Shown here piece by piece: positions 50,121 through 58,575 of a stretch of DNA of 58,575 nucleotides (its first letter is position 1; every line of letters begins with the position of its first letter). Origin of the DNA: a virus (lineage: Duplodnaviria; Caudoviricetes); IMG/VR virus record IMGVR_UViG_3300031669_000031, positions 1 to 58,575 of that record. The stretch is one strand, 5' to 3'. The notes beneath the pieces were generated by a model that was given only the letters and a program-made list of their open reading frames with translations, was not told the DNA's origin and ran no database searches. Made by a program: the position numbers and the translations under genes.

Positions 50121-51500
50121 ATGAAAAACAATATTTTTTATCACGCATCCAGAATATTCGGAATAACATTGGCAATCGCCATGCTATTCGTATTCAATGG
50201 ATTTATTGCTATGGGCTCAGGAATAGCCTATGCCGTTGCTACCGGTGCAGTCGTTGCCGATGATCCGGTAACTGTTGAGGATGTTAAGGCCGGAAGTACT
50301 ATCGACAGAGATTATGTGTCGAAGAAAATAACCGACATGCGGCCTGCCGCTACTCCACTGGACACGATACTTCGTACTATAGAGAACCAGGTTACAGTAG
50401 CTTCATTCAAAACAGAATTCTATGCTGTCAGTTCCAGGGATCTTGTTGATACTGTAAATACAGCTTTCACAAGAGACACAGACGGAGTAAATAGTGTTGC
50501 TCTTAAAGTGAATAACATCTCAGCATGGACTCCCGATGATACACTCATGGCATATGGGGTTACAAGTGGGGCAGTAGCATCAGGTTATAGCGATGGACTC
50601 GATCTTGTTTGTTTTGTTGTGTCACGAGATGTGTCTGCAGAAACAATACTTATTCAACCGCTTAACGGACCTGAAGGATTAAATGCAAAAGCAGGAACGA
50701 TGGTTCTTCCGTCCATTCCAATCAACACCAAGCTCGTCAGGATGGGAACCTGTAAAAATGAACTCGATGCTCAGACATCGCCTTACGGAATTGTACCTGT
50801 CAAAGATTACAACTATCTGCAGATATTTATGGCTCAGGCAGAAGAAGGAACATTCCAGAAGCTGCACGAAAAAGAGGTTGAATTCTCATTCAGTGATTAT
50901 GAGGCTCAGAACATATATGACATGAGGGCAAGAATGGAGTATTCATTCCTGTTTGGAGCTAGAAAATTATTTACTGATGTTACGAATGCAAAAACAAGAT
51001 ATACAACCGGTGGACTTACAAGGTACATTACAAGTGCTCTTGAATATGGAACAGGAGGAGCAGATAGGGAGATTGATAATACAACCGTCATTAACTGGAC
51101 CAAATCAATATTCAGAGGCAATTCCGGATCAGATCGAAGAGTTATGTTTATGGGTGATGGGTTTGCTGCCTATATGATGGCTGCAGATACAGTTCAGAGA
51201 CAGATCGATGCCAAGAAAACCGAGAGAGTGTATGGAATAACATTCAACCTGGTTGAAACTAATTTTGGTCAGCTTCTTTGCAAACACCACAACCTGTTAG
51301 ATTTAGCAGGATGGGGAGAAAAGGCTATTGTTCTTGATCTTAACTATGTTGAGAAGCACACATGGAAGCCGATGGCTGTTCGTCAGCTTGACTTAAAAGG
51401 TTCAGGTCAGAGGAATGTAATTGCAACCGTCATAGAGGAAACAGCAGGAGCAGTTCTGAGGTACCCTGGCGTTCATGCAATAATCGGACCGGCTGCTTAA
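50121..51500 (+). CDS. Major capsid protein (HK97-fold, SU10/DUF5309-like)
   Basis: PAATPLDTI, YNYLQIF, MEYSFLFG, RYTTGGL..YI, ETNFGQL motifs; follows the scaffold and is followed by a terminator. Confidence 0.85.
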   Translation: MKNNIFYHASRIFGITLAIAMLFVFNGFIAMGSGIAYAVATGAVVADDPVTVEDVKAGSTIDRDYVSKKITDMRPAATPLDTILRTIENQVTVASFKTEFYAVSSRDLVDTVNTAFTRDTDGVNSVALKVNNISAWTPDDTLMAYGVTSGAVASGYSDGLDLVCFVVSRDVSAETILIQPLNGPEGLNAKAGTMVLPSIPINTKLVRMGTCKNELDAQTSPYGIVPVKDYNYLQIFMAQAEEGTFQKLHEKEVEFSFSDYEAQNIYDMRARMEYSFLFGARKLFTDVTNAKTRYTTGGLTRYITSALEYGTGGADREIDNTTVINWTKSIFRGNSGSDRRVMFMGDGFAAYMMAADTVQRQIDAKKTERVYGITFNLVETNFGQLLCKHHNLLDLAGWGEKAIVLDLNYVEKHTWKPMAVRQLDLKGSGQRNVIATVIEETAGAVLRYPGVHAIIGPAA

Positions 51501-51509
51501 AGAATTATC

Positions 51510-51545
51510 AGGGAGGAGAAGTATCTTTTCCTCCCTTAATTTTTA
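51510..51545 (+). terminator. Intrinsic terminator after capsid gene
   Basis: GGGAGGAGAAG-TAT-CTTTTCCTCCC followed by a T-rich tract. Confidence 0.75.
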
Positions 51546-51567
51546 TACCACTTAATAATAAATTCCA

Positions 51568-52014
51568 ATGGAAAGAAAACAAAAGACTTATCAGTCAGTT
51601 CATTTTGTTCAGTTAGATACTTATTTAAAAGTTAAGGGACAAAGGACATTGATTGAATTTCGTGGAGGCACATTAGAACCAAAAAGGAATGGTACTTATA
51701 ACTGTACTGATCCTGATATTATCGAGGCACTGGATGCGAATATTAAAAGAATAGGGCAGAAATGCTCATACAAGTGCATTCACGAGGAGATCCTTTTCGA
51801 AGATGATTCACCTCAAAAAAAGAAAGGTAATTCTGTTATGAGGGATGTCCCGGAAATCAATACCGTTACCGCAGGCAGAGAATGGCTTATTAATGCATCA
51901 GCCGAAGGTCAGATTGAAGAAGGGATAACTCCGAGCATGATTAAGAATAGAACGGATGTTTTGCGTATTGCGGAAGAAAACGGAATCCGTTTTGTTGACC
52001 TGCCAGTAAGTTAA
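51568..52014 (+). CDS. Hypothetical head-module protein
   Basis: IEFRGG...GTYNCTDPDIIEAL; C-terminal small helical domain. Confidence 0.65.
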   Translation: MERKQKTYQSVHFVQLDTYLKVKGQRTLIEFRGGTLEPKRNGTYNCTDPDIIEALDANIKRIGQKCSYKCIHEEILFEDDSPQKKKGNSVMRDVPEINTVTAGREWLINASAEGQIEEGITPSMIKNRTDVLRIAEENGIRFVDLPVS

Positions 52015-52032
52015 TTTGAAAAATGGAACTAA

Positions 52033-53205
52033 ATGGACAGAGAGGGCATATTAACAAAGGTTCGTATCAAAATGGACGAAGCCACTCCCCCGGGAGTAGA
52101 GTTGCCCTTTGATGACTTTATTGGACCTATCCTTGACGAATGCGCCAAGGAAGTAGCTCAAATTGCCCCACTCCATTTACTTTCTCCATTATCAATGATT
52201 AACAGTTCTCTTACAAGAATGATGGATGGGAATATTGCCACTATTGGATTAGGCATACATCCATATCAGGTTGGAGATTCTATTACAGTATCTGGATTCC
52301 CCACAGCAGAAAGTTATTATAATGGCGATTTTATTATAACAGCCATTACCTCAACATCAATTTCATATCCTGTTACTCCTTTAGTTGTTGCAACAGAATG
52401 GATTTCAGAGAGTGGGTTTGATGTATTTACAAATACAGGACTTGAGATAAGCGTTGCTCAGAATGCTGCAGGCATTTGTTCTGCAGAAAGTGATATTCAA
52501 TTTGCTACGGTTGCAGGTACAAAGATCAGGGTCCAGGGAACCTTAGCACTAAATTCAGCCCCGGGAACAGAACCGGTAATATTCATTGATAATTCTGATA
52601 TAAAAACATTGGCAGTAGGAGTAAATGACATTGAATTAGTCGCGACTACCTCTATTCCTTTAGGGATAGCTACTATTTATCGGAACGGAGCAACAGATTA
52701 TACTTTTACAGGAGTTTCAATAACAAAAACCACAGATCCCATCAAGGATTATACTTCTGGACTGGTAACATTCAAAACGATATCTGTTAATGATCTGACT
52801 TATATTACTAAACCATTAAATTTTCTAAGGCTTTACGAGATGAAGTTCCCATTATGGGTTAAGCCTGTAAGGGAAACGACAAAGCCTGATTCTGATGGCG
52901 GGAAAATACAGGATAATCCTTATCTCGCATCAGGGATCGGGAGACCCTCTGTAGTTCTTAAAACTACCAGGCCTACCGGTGGATCGCTTGGAGAATATCT
53001 TATATGTGGCAAAGTAACATCATCCTCAATCCCCACAGCTCTTTTTGTTAAAACACCTAAACCTGAGGACCTTCCTGATCTATTGATCGATTCCTTGACC
53101 TGGCTTTGTTCTTCGAAAGTATTACAGATATCAGGGTACGGTGATAAAGCGCAGGGCGCAATGCAGCAATACCAGCTCACATTAACACAATTAGCACAAG
53201 CATAA
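52033..53205 (+). CDS. Head-tail adaptor-like protein with inserted beta domains
   Basis: Helical N- and C-termini (VRIKMDE; LIDSLTWLCSSKVL) and FLRL..MKFPLW..PV core, interrupted by beta-rich inserts. Confidence 0.6.
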   Translation: MDREGILTKVRIKMDEATPPGVELPFDDFIGPILDECAKEVAQIAPLHLLSPLSMINSSLTRMMDGNIATIGLGIHPYQVGDSITVSGFPTAESYYNGDFIITAITSTSISYPVTPLVVATEWISESGFDVFTNTGLEISVAQNAAGICSAESDIQFATVAGTKIRVQGTLALNSAPGTEPVIFIDNSDIKTLAVGVNDIELVATTSIPLGIATIYRNGATDYTFTGVSITKTTDPIKDYTSGLVTFKTISVNDLTYITKPLNFLRLYEMKFPLWVKPVRETTKPDSDGGKIQDNPYLASGIGRPSVVLKTTRPTGGSLGEYLICGKVTSSSIPTALFVKTPKPEDLPDLLIDSLTWLCSSKVLQISGYGDKAQGAMQQYQLTLTQLAQA

Positions 53206-53244
53206 ATAATTTCTTAATATTAATTTATTTAAATCCTTAAAACG

Positions 53245-54009
53245 ATGATTACAGATCGAAATCTCAAAATTAAGAAATGGTTGCCAGAATTGATATTACA
53301 TTCAACAGATCCTGACAAGCATATTGCCAATCTTAGTGTTGGCGCAACTCAACTTCTACATGAAGGAATTGCATTCTCTAACTTAAAAACCGTCAAAAAA
53401 CTTATCGGGGCAGTAGGTGTGGAAGATTGTGATTTCAACTTTGCGACAGCAAATAATGTAACAGAGCAACCTATTGATTTAGGAGCAATAGTCCCTGCCT
53501 TTGCCAGGGTACTTGATGTCAAGACAGTAACCGAAGCAGCTTTTGCTGCCGAAGCAACAGCAATAGCATCATGGTCAGTAGATACAAATGTTTGCACTAT
53601 TATAACAGCAGCAAATCATGGAATTGTTTCTACCAACTCTGTTGTTATCGCAGGTATGACTGAGACAGCAATTAATGGCACTCATACTGCTACAAGAGTT
53701 GATGATACTACATTTACTATTCCATTGACTCATGCTGATGCAGGAACAACCGCAGATATTACAGGAACAGTAGTCCATACAGCCATGACTCTGGTTGCTG
53801 AAACAGGTAATGCAACATCAGGAGCTCAGTTTATTGCCAGTGCAACTATTAAAGCCCTCAATGCCATTACTGCAGCCAATCTCACTACAATGAATGTTGC
53901 ACCATCGGCATCAGCAAGTCATGTTTGGGTGTCAGCAACTCCTGAAAGTAAATGGGATCATATTACAACCGGCCAATTAGCTGTCTATGTAAGTTATCTT
54001 GAGATCTAA
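53245..54009 (+). CDS. Virion structural protein
   Basis: Thr/Ala-rich beta protein; contains the NV.TI...HG...V.I.G...NG insert domain. Confidence 0.6.
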   Translation: MITDRNLKIKKWLPELILHSTDPDKHIANLSVGATQLLHEGIAFSNLKTVKKLIGAVGVEDCDFNFATANNVTEQPIDLGAIVPAFARVLDVKTVTEAAFAAEATAIASWSVDTNVCTIITAANHGIVSTNSVVIAGMTETAINGTHTATRVDDTTFTIPLTHADAGTTADITGTVVHTAMTLVAETGNATSGAQFIASATIKALNAITAANLTTMNVAPSASASHVWVSATPESKWDHITTGQLAVYVSYLEI

Positions 54010-54020
54010 TACTTCATCCG

Positions 54021-54416
54021 ATGAGCATATTTGCCGGGAGTACACCGAAATATCGCATTCGTCTAAAGGATGAGGCAGGCACACAACTTAACCCGGAAGA
54101 TACAGGACAGATCCTTGAAGTAAAAATCTGGATTTATAATAGTATCTCCGGGGATGTTGTAGCAAAATTCTATTTGAATGATGCTCCTGATCCTATTGGC
54201 ACATGGAGGCAGGCAGGTATTAAGGAAATTGTTCCAGGAGATAAGCAAGTACATATTTATCTTACAACTTCTGAGACTGAGGAGGCTGCTCCTGATATGA
54301 ATATAATGCAAGTCGCAGTGACAGTTCCTGATGCTGATTTTGCTGATGGCAAACGCATTATTGTTAAGAAAGGCCGGTTTCATGACATTAAATACGCAAA
54401 ACTAATCCTAAGTTGA
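54021..54416 (+). CDS. Structural protein (Ig-like/BppU-N-like)
   Basis: Beta-rich 131 aa directly upstream of the tail spike. Confidence 0.45.
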   Translation: MSIFAGSTPKYRIRLKDEAGTQLNPEDTGQILEVKIWIYNSISGDVVAKFYLNDAPDPIGTWRQAGIKEIVPGDKQVHIYLTTSETEEAAPDMNIMQVAVTVPDADFADGKRIIVKKGRFHDIKYAKLILS

Positions 54417-56296
54417 TGGAAACAATAGATCTCGATGTAATTCTCGATGGGACGGTACTATTTCAATTAGGGTACAAAGCATCCAATTATGCTAATCTTC
54501 CTGCAGCGATAGCTGCTATTAGTACTACTCCCGGTACTCTATATATTGATTCTTCGCAGTCAGTAACTGACGATTTAGTAATCCCTGAAACACTATCAGT
54601 TGTTATTTTAAAACCAGGACTGCTAACGATTAGCAGTGGAAAGACATTAACCATAAATGGACCTTTTGATGCCGGAATTTATCAGGTATTTTCAGGAGCA
54701 GGATCTGTTTCTTTCAGTGGCAATAAATATTTACAAGAAGTTTATCCTGAGTGGTGGGGAGCTATTGCTGATGGGATTACTGATTGCACTATTTCAATTC
54801 AGGCAGCAGTGGATTCCTTTGATAGCGTTTGCTTCTCTGAAGGAACTTATCTAAGTGATACCGTAACCTTGAACGAAAACAATTCTCTTTATGGGCGGGG
54901 ATCTCTGTCAATAATCAAGCAGAATGCCATTACAGGAAGTAGTTACGGAACACTATATGTAAATTCCGGTTCATCCAGTACATATATTGACAATATTTCT
55001 ATTAAAGATCTGCAGGTATTGGGAAATGTAGCAGTTGATGGGTTTTCTCAGTTTCAGCATTTGATAAGTCTGAATGGAGTTAGCAATGTGAATATCAAAA
55101 ATTGTCTCATTAAAGGATTTCGGGGTGACGGTATATATATAGGATCGGGTGTAACCGGTGGTGATGAAAGGCATAATAAGAATGTAAAAATTGAAAATTG
55201 CACTATTGACGGAGTTAATAAAGACAATCGAAATGGAATCAGCGTTATTGATTGCAATAACTTGATCGTACAAAAGTGCATATTTCAGAATTGCACAAGA
55301 GCTGATATGCCCGGGGCTATTGATATTGAACCAGATAATAATGTATTTCATATAGCAAAAAATATTAAAGTTATAGGTAACAGCTTCTATAACATCGGTG
55401 GCAATGTGGCGATTGTCTCATTGGTATTTAATCTTGCAACCTTTACAGTACAGCCTGAATTATTTGTTGTCGCAGGTAATACTTTTGATGATTCAACAGC
55501 CTTATGTGCTGTCGGCTTTTTTAATAATGCCATTTATGCCAGACCATTTAATCTCTCTATTATTGGTAATACTTCTCGTATTGCATTATTTCAGGGATAC
55601 ACTTATCTCAGAGGCCTTTCAATCATTGGGAACACAATGTATAAAGCCGATTGCTATTTCGGGTATAACTCCACTGATATTTGTAATAACATGGTATTTA
55701 GTGGAAATGTTATTTACGGAAATGCCTCTGGAAGTGGAATGGTTATAAGGGGTGCTGATGGAGTAGTAATTAATAATAACACTTTCAATTATATAGTTGA
55801 CTATGCAATTCAGATAGGTCATGCTACTGATGCAGTTGTCACAAATTGCAATATCTCAAACAACATATTCTTGAATATTACAGGCACTGGTTATGCAGTT
55901 CTCACAAACGGAGGAGTAAGCGGAGCATCTTGCGTATATAAAAATAATATTGGAGGGGCTGCTCATAATTTCCCTGCTTGGCTCAATGATGATTGTGGAG
56001 TGGTCATAAATGGCACTTCTGCAGTATCTTTTAATAGCGCTACTTTGCCAGATTCATTTCCAGTGGGAATATGTACTTGCATCATTAATGGAGACACAGG
56101 AGTACCAAGCACAGGAGCCTATCAGGGGACTTTAATAAATTATCGCTTTGCATGGAGTGGAGGAGCGTATGAGAAATTTACATACCAGCATTACTATTCT
56201 GCAAATAATTCTGTTGACCCTGACAGTTTCTATATCAGAAAACGAAATGCAGGAGCTAATACATGGACTGCATGGTATAAAGTAACTGGAGTATAA
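54416..56296 (+). CDS. Tail spike / polysaccharide depolymerase (right-handed beta-helix)
   Basis: PEWWGAIADGITDCTISIQAA pectate-lyase-3-like start; repeated I.NC.I, GDGIYIG, RNGISV, IDIEP, I.GN.F beta-helix rungs. Confidence 0.85.
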   Translation: METIDLDVILDGTVLFQLGYKASNYANLPAAIAAISTTPGTLYIDSSQSVTDDLVIPETLSVVILKPGLLTISSGKTLTINGPFDAGIYQVFSGAGSVSFSGNKYLQEVYPEWWGAIADGITDCTISIQAAVDSFDSVCFSEGTYLSDTVTLNENNSLYGRGSLSIIKQNAITGSSYGTLYVNSGSSSTYIDNISIKDLQVLGNVAVDGFSQFQHLISLNGVSNVNIKNCLIKGFRGDGIYIGSGVTGGDERHNKNVKIENCTIDGVNKDNRNGISVIDCNNLIVQKCIFQNCTRADMPGAIDIEPDNNVFHIAKNIKVIGNSFYNIGGNVAIVSLVFNLATFTVQPELFVVAGNTFDDSTALCAVGFFNNAIYARPFNLSIIGNTSRIALFQGYTYLRGLSIIGNTMYKADCYFGYNSTDICNNMVFSGNVIYGNASGSGMVIRGADGVVINNNTFNYIVDYAIQIGHATDAVVTNCNISNNIFLNITGTGYAVLTNGGVSGASCVYKNNIGGAAHNFPAWLNDDCGVVINGTSAVSFNSATLPDSFPVGICTCIINGDTGVPSTGAYQGTLINYRFAWSGGAYEKFTYQHYYSANNSVDPDSFYIRKRNAGANTWTAWYKVTGV

Positions 56297-56315
56297 ACGA
56301 TTAACAAATATTATA

Positions 56316-57050
56316 ATGGAAGCAAAATTTAACATTAATCGATCAACACTGGTAGATGTAACTGGTCACGATTTTATCGATTACCTGGTAGCAAAAACAC
56401 TGACCAAAAAGATTGATACTAATGTGGCAACAATAACTTGCGACAGGGCACATAAGCGGATTCCCGGGGATGTGGTTTTTATCTTTGGGCTTACTACTAC
56501 TTTGGAGTATAATGGTTACTTTAAAATCTCAGCTGTATCAGCAGATGGATTAGCGTTCTCATATGCACTAACTCATGCTGACGATGCCGAGAATGTTGAT
56601 CTTGGAGGAGAGATACATGATCCTATTGGTAAAGATGGGAAGACATTCTTCATAAGATCGGCTGCAGGGAATATCTGTTATAGCCTTGCGGGGAATATAG
56701 CCATAAAGACAGCAACAAAGAAGATCATATCAAATGTTGCGACCATCACTACACAGGGACCTCATGGCTTGCATGTAGGGAATACGGTTATGATAAGCGG
56801 ATTGGGTGGAGATCATGCTGCAGATTATAATATCTACGCAACAGTTACAGCTGTCTCTGCACCTAACTCATTCTCATATGCACTAACTCATGCTGACGAT
56901 GCCGAGAATGTTGATGCAGGAGGGTGTGTAGATGAATGCGTTTTAAAGACTGTAGCAGCACAGGTTAACTACATTGATCCTGAGATTTGCCGCAAAATAT
57001 TTAAAACAGGAACTACAGCAACCGGGATTTATGTAGGTTATGGGATATAG
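56316..57050 (+). CDS. Structural protein with two copies of an inserted beta domain
   Basis: Two NVATIT...H....G..V.I.GL.....YN...SYALTHADDAENVD units; C-terminal RKIFKTGTTATGIY. Confidence 0.7.
   Translation: MEAKFNINRSTLVDVTGHDFIDYLVAKTLTKKIDTNVATITCDRAHKRIPGDVVFIFGLTTTLEYNGYFKISAVSADGLAFSYALTHADDAENVDLGGEIHDPIGKDGKTFFIRSAAGNICYSLAGNIAIKTATKKIISNVATITTQGPHGLHVGNTVMISGLGGDHAADYNIYATVTAVSAPNSFSYALTHADDAENVDAGGCVDECVLKTVAAQVNYIDPEICRKIFKTGTTATGIYVGYGI
56556..56915 (+). repeat. Exact 45-nt direct repeat
   Basis: TTCTCATATGCACTAACTCATGCTGACGATGCCGAGAATGTTGAT at 56556-56600 and 56871-56915. Confidence 0.95.
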
Positions 57051-57052
57051 TC

Positions 57053-57226
57053 ATGGAGTTGATTAATAGTTGGAGGTCAACTGTAAAACAGGGAGGCAAG
57101 ATCTCAGTGAAAGTCAGGTTTGGAAAGATTACGTTTTTTGATATATATATTGACAAGCCAAAGAAACGATGGGGCATAACGATATTAAACATTGGGATTA
57201 AAAACAGTTTGCAAAAACAGAAATAA
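57053..57226 (+). CDS. Small basic protein (57 aa, not in ORF track)
   Basis: MELINSWRSTVKQGGKISVKVRFGKITFFDIYID...; fills the gap with 2-nt spacing on both sides. Confidence 0.6.
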   Translation: MELINSWRSTVKQGGKISVKVRFGKITFFDIYIDKPKKRWGITILNIGIKNSLQKQK

Positions 57227-57228
57227 AG

Positions 57229-58062
57229 ATGGCAAATTACATTTATGATGCTGATGAGCAACTTTATCATAACTTGCAGGAGTTTGTTGATGCACTTGCC
57301 AGTGAGACCGGAGATACCTATCTAATGTTATTTGCCCTTCCAATAGAAGCTCTGTTTGAGAAGATTAAGAGAAGGTCCGCACTTAGAGGGAAATTAGCCA
57401 TAGACAACCAGGGTAAGTCACAGCTTGAACATTTCCAGATCACAGAAGATGAGAGAGACATTTACCTTGACTTTCTTCAATCAGGATCAGCGAATATATT
57501 TAAAAGCATATCAGGATTCTCCAAAACCCTGCATGGGGCATTCCGGTTTAATGCAAACTTCGGAGATCCCGAATTTGGAGGGATCATAACAGCAGTCAGC
57601 ATAGATGGGCTAACAATTACTGATAGTACTCTATCTATGGTAGTGAACGAATATGCCGGGATGAAACTTGTTATCGCCAGTGCAGGGATATACGAGAATA
57701 TGGAGAGAACTATTGTTTCAAATACTGCAACAGAATTTGTTATTAACGAAGCATTCCCGGCGAATCTTACCACTTATGAATATTTCATAACAGCACAGAC
57801 GGAGAAGTGTATATTGATATATTCGTCAATGGATGTAGAGCAATTTGATACTAATGTAATTATTGGGATTGAAGCATTACTGGAAAAGACACTGATTGGG
57901 ACTGTACTAAGAGATTGGTACCTGATTAATCGATTCATGGATGACTATGGAATTGAAGAAGGGTTACTTAAAAATGACATCTCTGATCTGAGGATGCATT
58001 ATTTCCAAAGCAGGAAACCGGCCAGGGCAACAGAATTTTTTAATGATAACGATATTGATTAA
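57229..58062 (+). CDS. Structural/adaptor-like protein with beta insert
   Basis: Helical flanks around a TITDSTLSM..NEYAG..L.I......ERTIVSNTAT beta module. Confidence 0.6.
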   Translation: MANYIYDADEQLYHNLQEFVDALASETGDTYLMLFALPIEALFEKIKRRSALRGKLAIDNQGKSQLEHFQITEDERDIYLDFLQSGSANIFKSISGFSKTLHGAFRFNANFGDPEFGGIITAVSIDGLTITDSTLSMVVNEYAGMKLVIASAGIYENMERTIVSNTATEFVINEAFPANLTTYEYFITAQTEKCILIYSSMDVEQFDTNVIIGIEALLEKTLIGTVLRDWYLINRFMDDYGIEEGLLKNDISDLRMHYFQSRKPARATEFFNDNDID

Positions 58063-58068
58063 ACGGAC

Positions 58069-58401
58069 ATGAGTATAACAGGAGTCAGATGTTCATTAAG
58101 TACCCTTGATACTCTCGTCAGATACAGACCAGGGTTAATAACATATACAGATGAAGAAATGAAATATCCAATACAGACAGTCGATCTTGAAGCTGATGTT
58201 GTACTCCCTGTCTCTACATCGATTACAACTAAGCCATATAACATCTTTCTTTTCCTCTTTAACGCAGGTACGGAAAGATGGGATAATATTACTCAGAGTG
58301 TTGATATCTCTGTTGCAATCCCCGAAGGAGAGACAACTTATACCGTTTACATCTTATCCGGAGCTCCGCTATCTAGTGTTGACCTTTTAATTCTATACTA
58401 A
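58069..58401 (+). CDS. Hypothetical structural-module protein
   Basis: ORF track; beta-rich. Confidence 0.55.
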   Translation: MSITGVRCSLSTLDTLVRYRPGLITYTDEEMKYPIQTVDLEADVVLPVSTSITTKPYNIFLFLFNAGTERWDNITQSVDISVAIPEGETTYTVYILSGAPLSSVDLLILY

Positions 58402-58575
58402 TGAAAAAATTACAATTAATAATTATATTTCTGGTTCTTGCGGTATTCTGCTATGGACAAGTTCCGCTTTATAAAAACCTTGAGATAAGAAAACCAGCTC
58501 CTCAATTTTGGGGAAATGGTACAGGAGCACAGCTTAAGTTATATAATTCTACAATAACTGAAAGTGACGGCAAAT
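58401..58575 (+). CDS. Signal-peptide-bearing protein, 3'-truncated by window
   Basis: MKKLQLIIIFLVLAVFCYGQ; start overlaps the upstream stop. Confidence 0.6.
   Translation, partial: MKKLQLIIIFLVLAVFCYGQVPLYKNLEIRKPAPQFWGNGTGAQLKLYNSTITESDGK

Noticed and set aside
56556-56915. Diversity-generating retroelement TR/VR pair
   Set aside because: Repeats are identical with no adenine-specific mismatches, short, within one ORF, and no reverse transcriptase is visible

Overview
This window is a 58.6-kb segment of a tailed dsDNA phage or prophage. The host is very likely in Bacteroidota, because several promoters match the phylum's TTTG-N19/20-TAnnTTTG consensus and the translation starts are A-rich without Shine-Dalgarno sequences. 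Left to right it contains: the end of a lysis/membrane cassette (1-2.5 kb); a long leftward early/replication operon with many small ORFs, a lambda-O-like initiator, DnaC-like loader, MBL hydrolase, RecT and SMC-like ATPase (2.6-18.4 kb); a non-coding control region with clustered repeats (18.45-19.2 kb); a podovirus-like tail nozzle and HTH gene (minus strand); ejection proteins including a 3986-aa polyvalent protein, then the portal and a virion lysozyme-like protein; an RNA-rich interval (sRNA candidate, initiator-type tRNA-Met, structured elements); a nin-like nuclease/methylase operon with an intein-containing large terminase (minus strand); and the scaffold, major capsid, adaptor and tail-spike genes. 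Eight homing-endonuclease-type units are present: 3 GIY-YIG (one broken), 3 HNH, 1 free LAGLIDADG and 1 intein LAGLIDADG. The most notable unexplained signal is a set of non-coding RNA candidates. These are two promoter-to-terminator sRNAs (one reads as the antisense of a Bacteroidota translation-start region), pseudoknot/switch-like leaders before all three HNH genes, a kissing-loop three-way junction and a tRNA-like minihelix. All family assignments come from motif recognition by eye; no database search was run.
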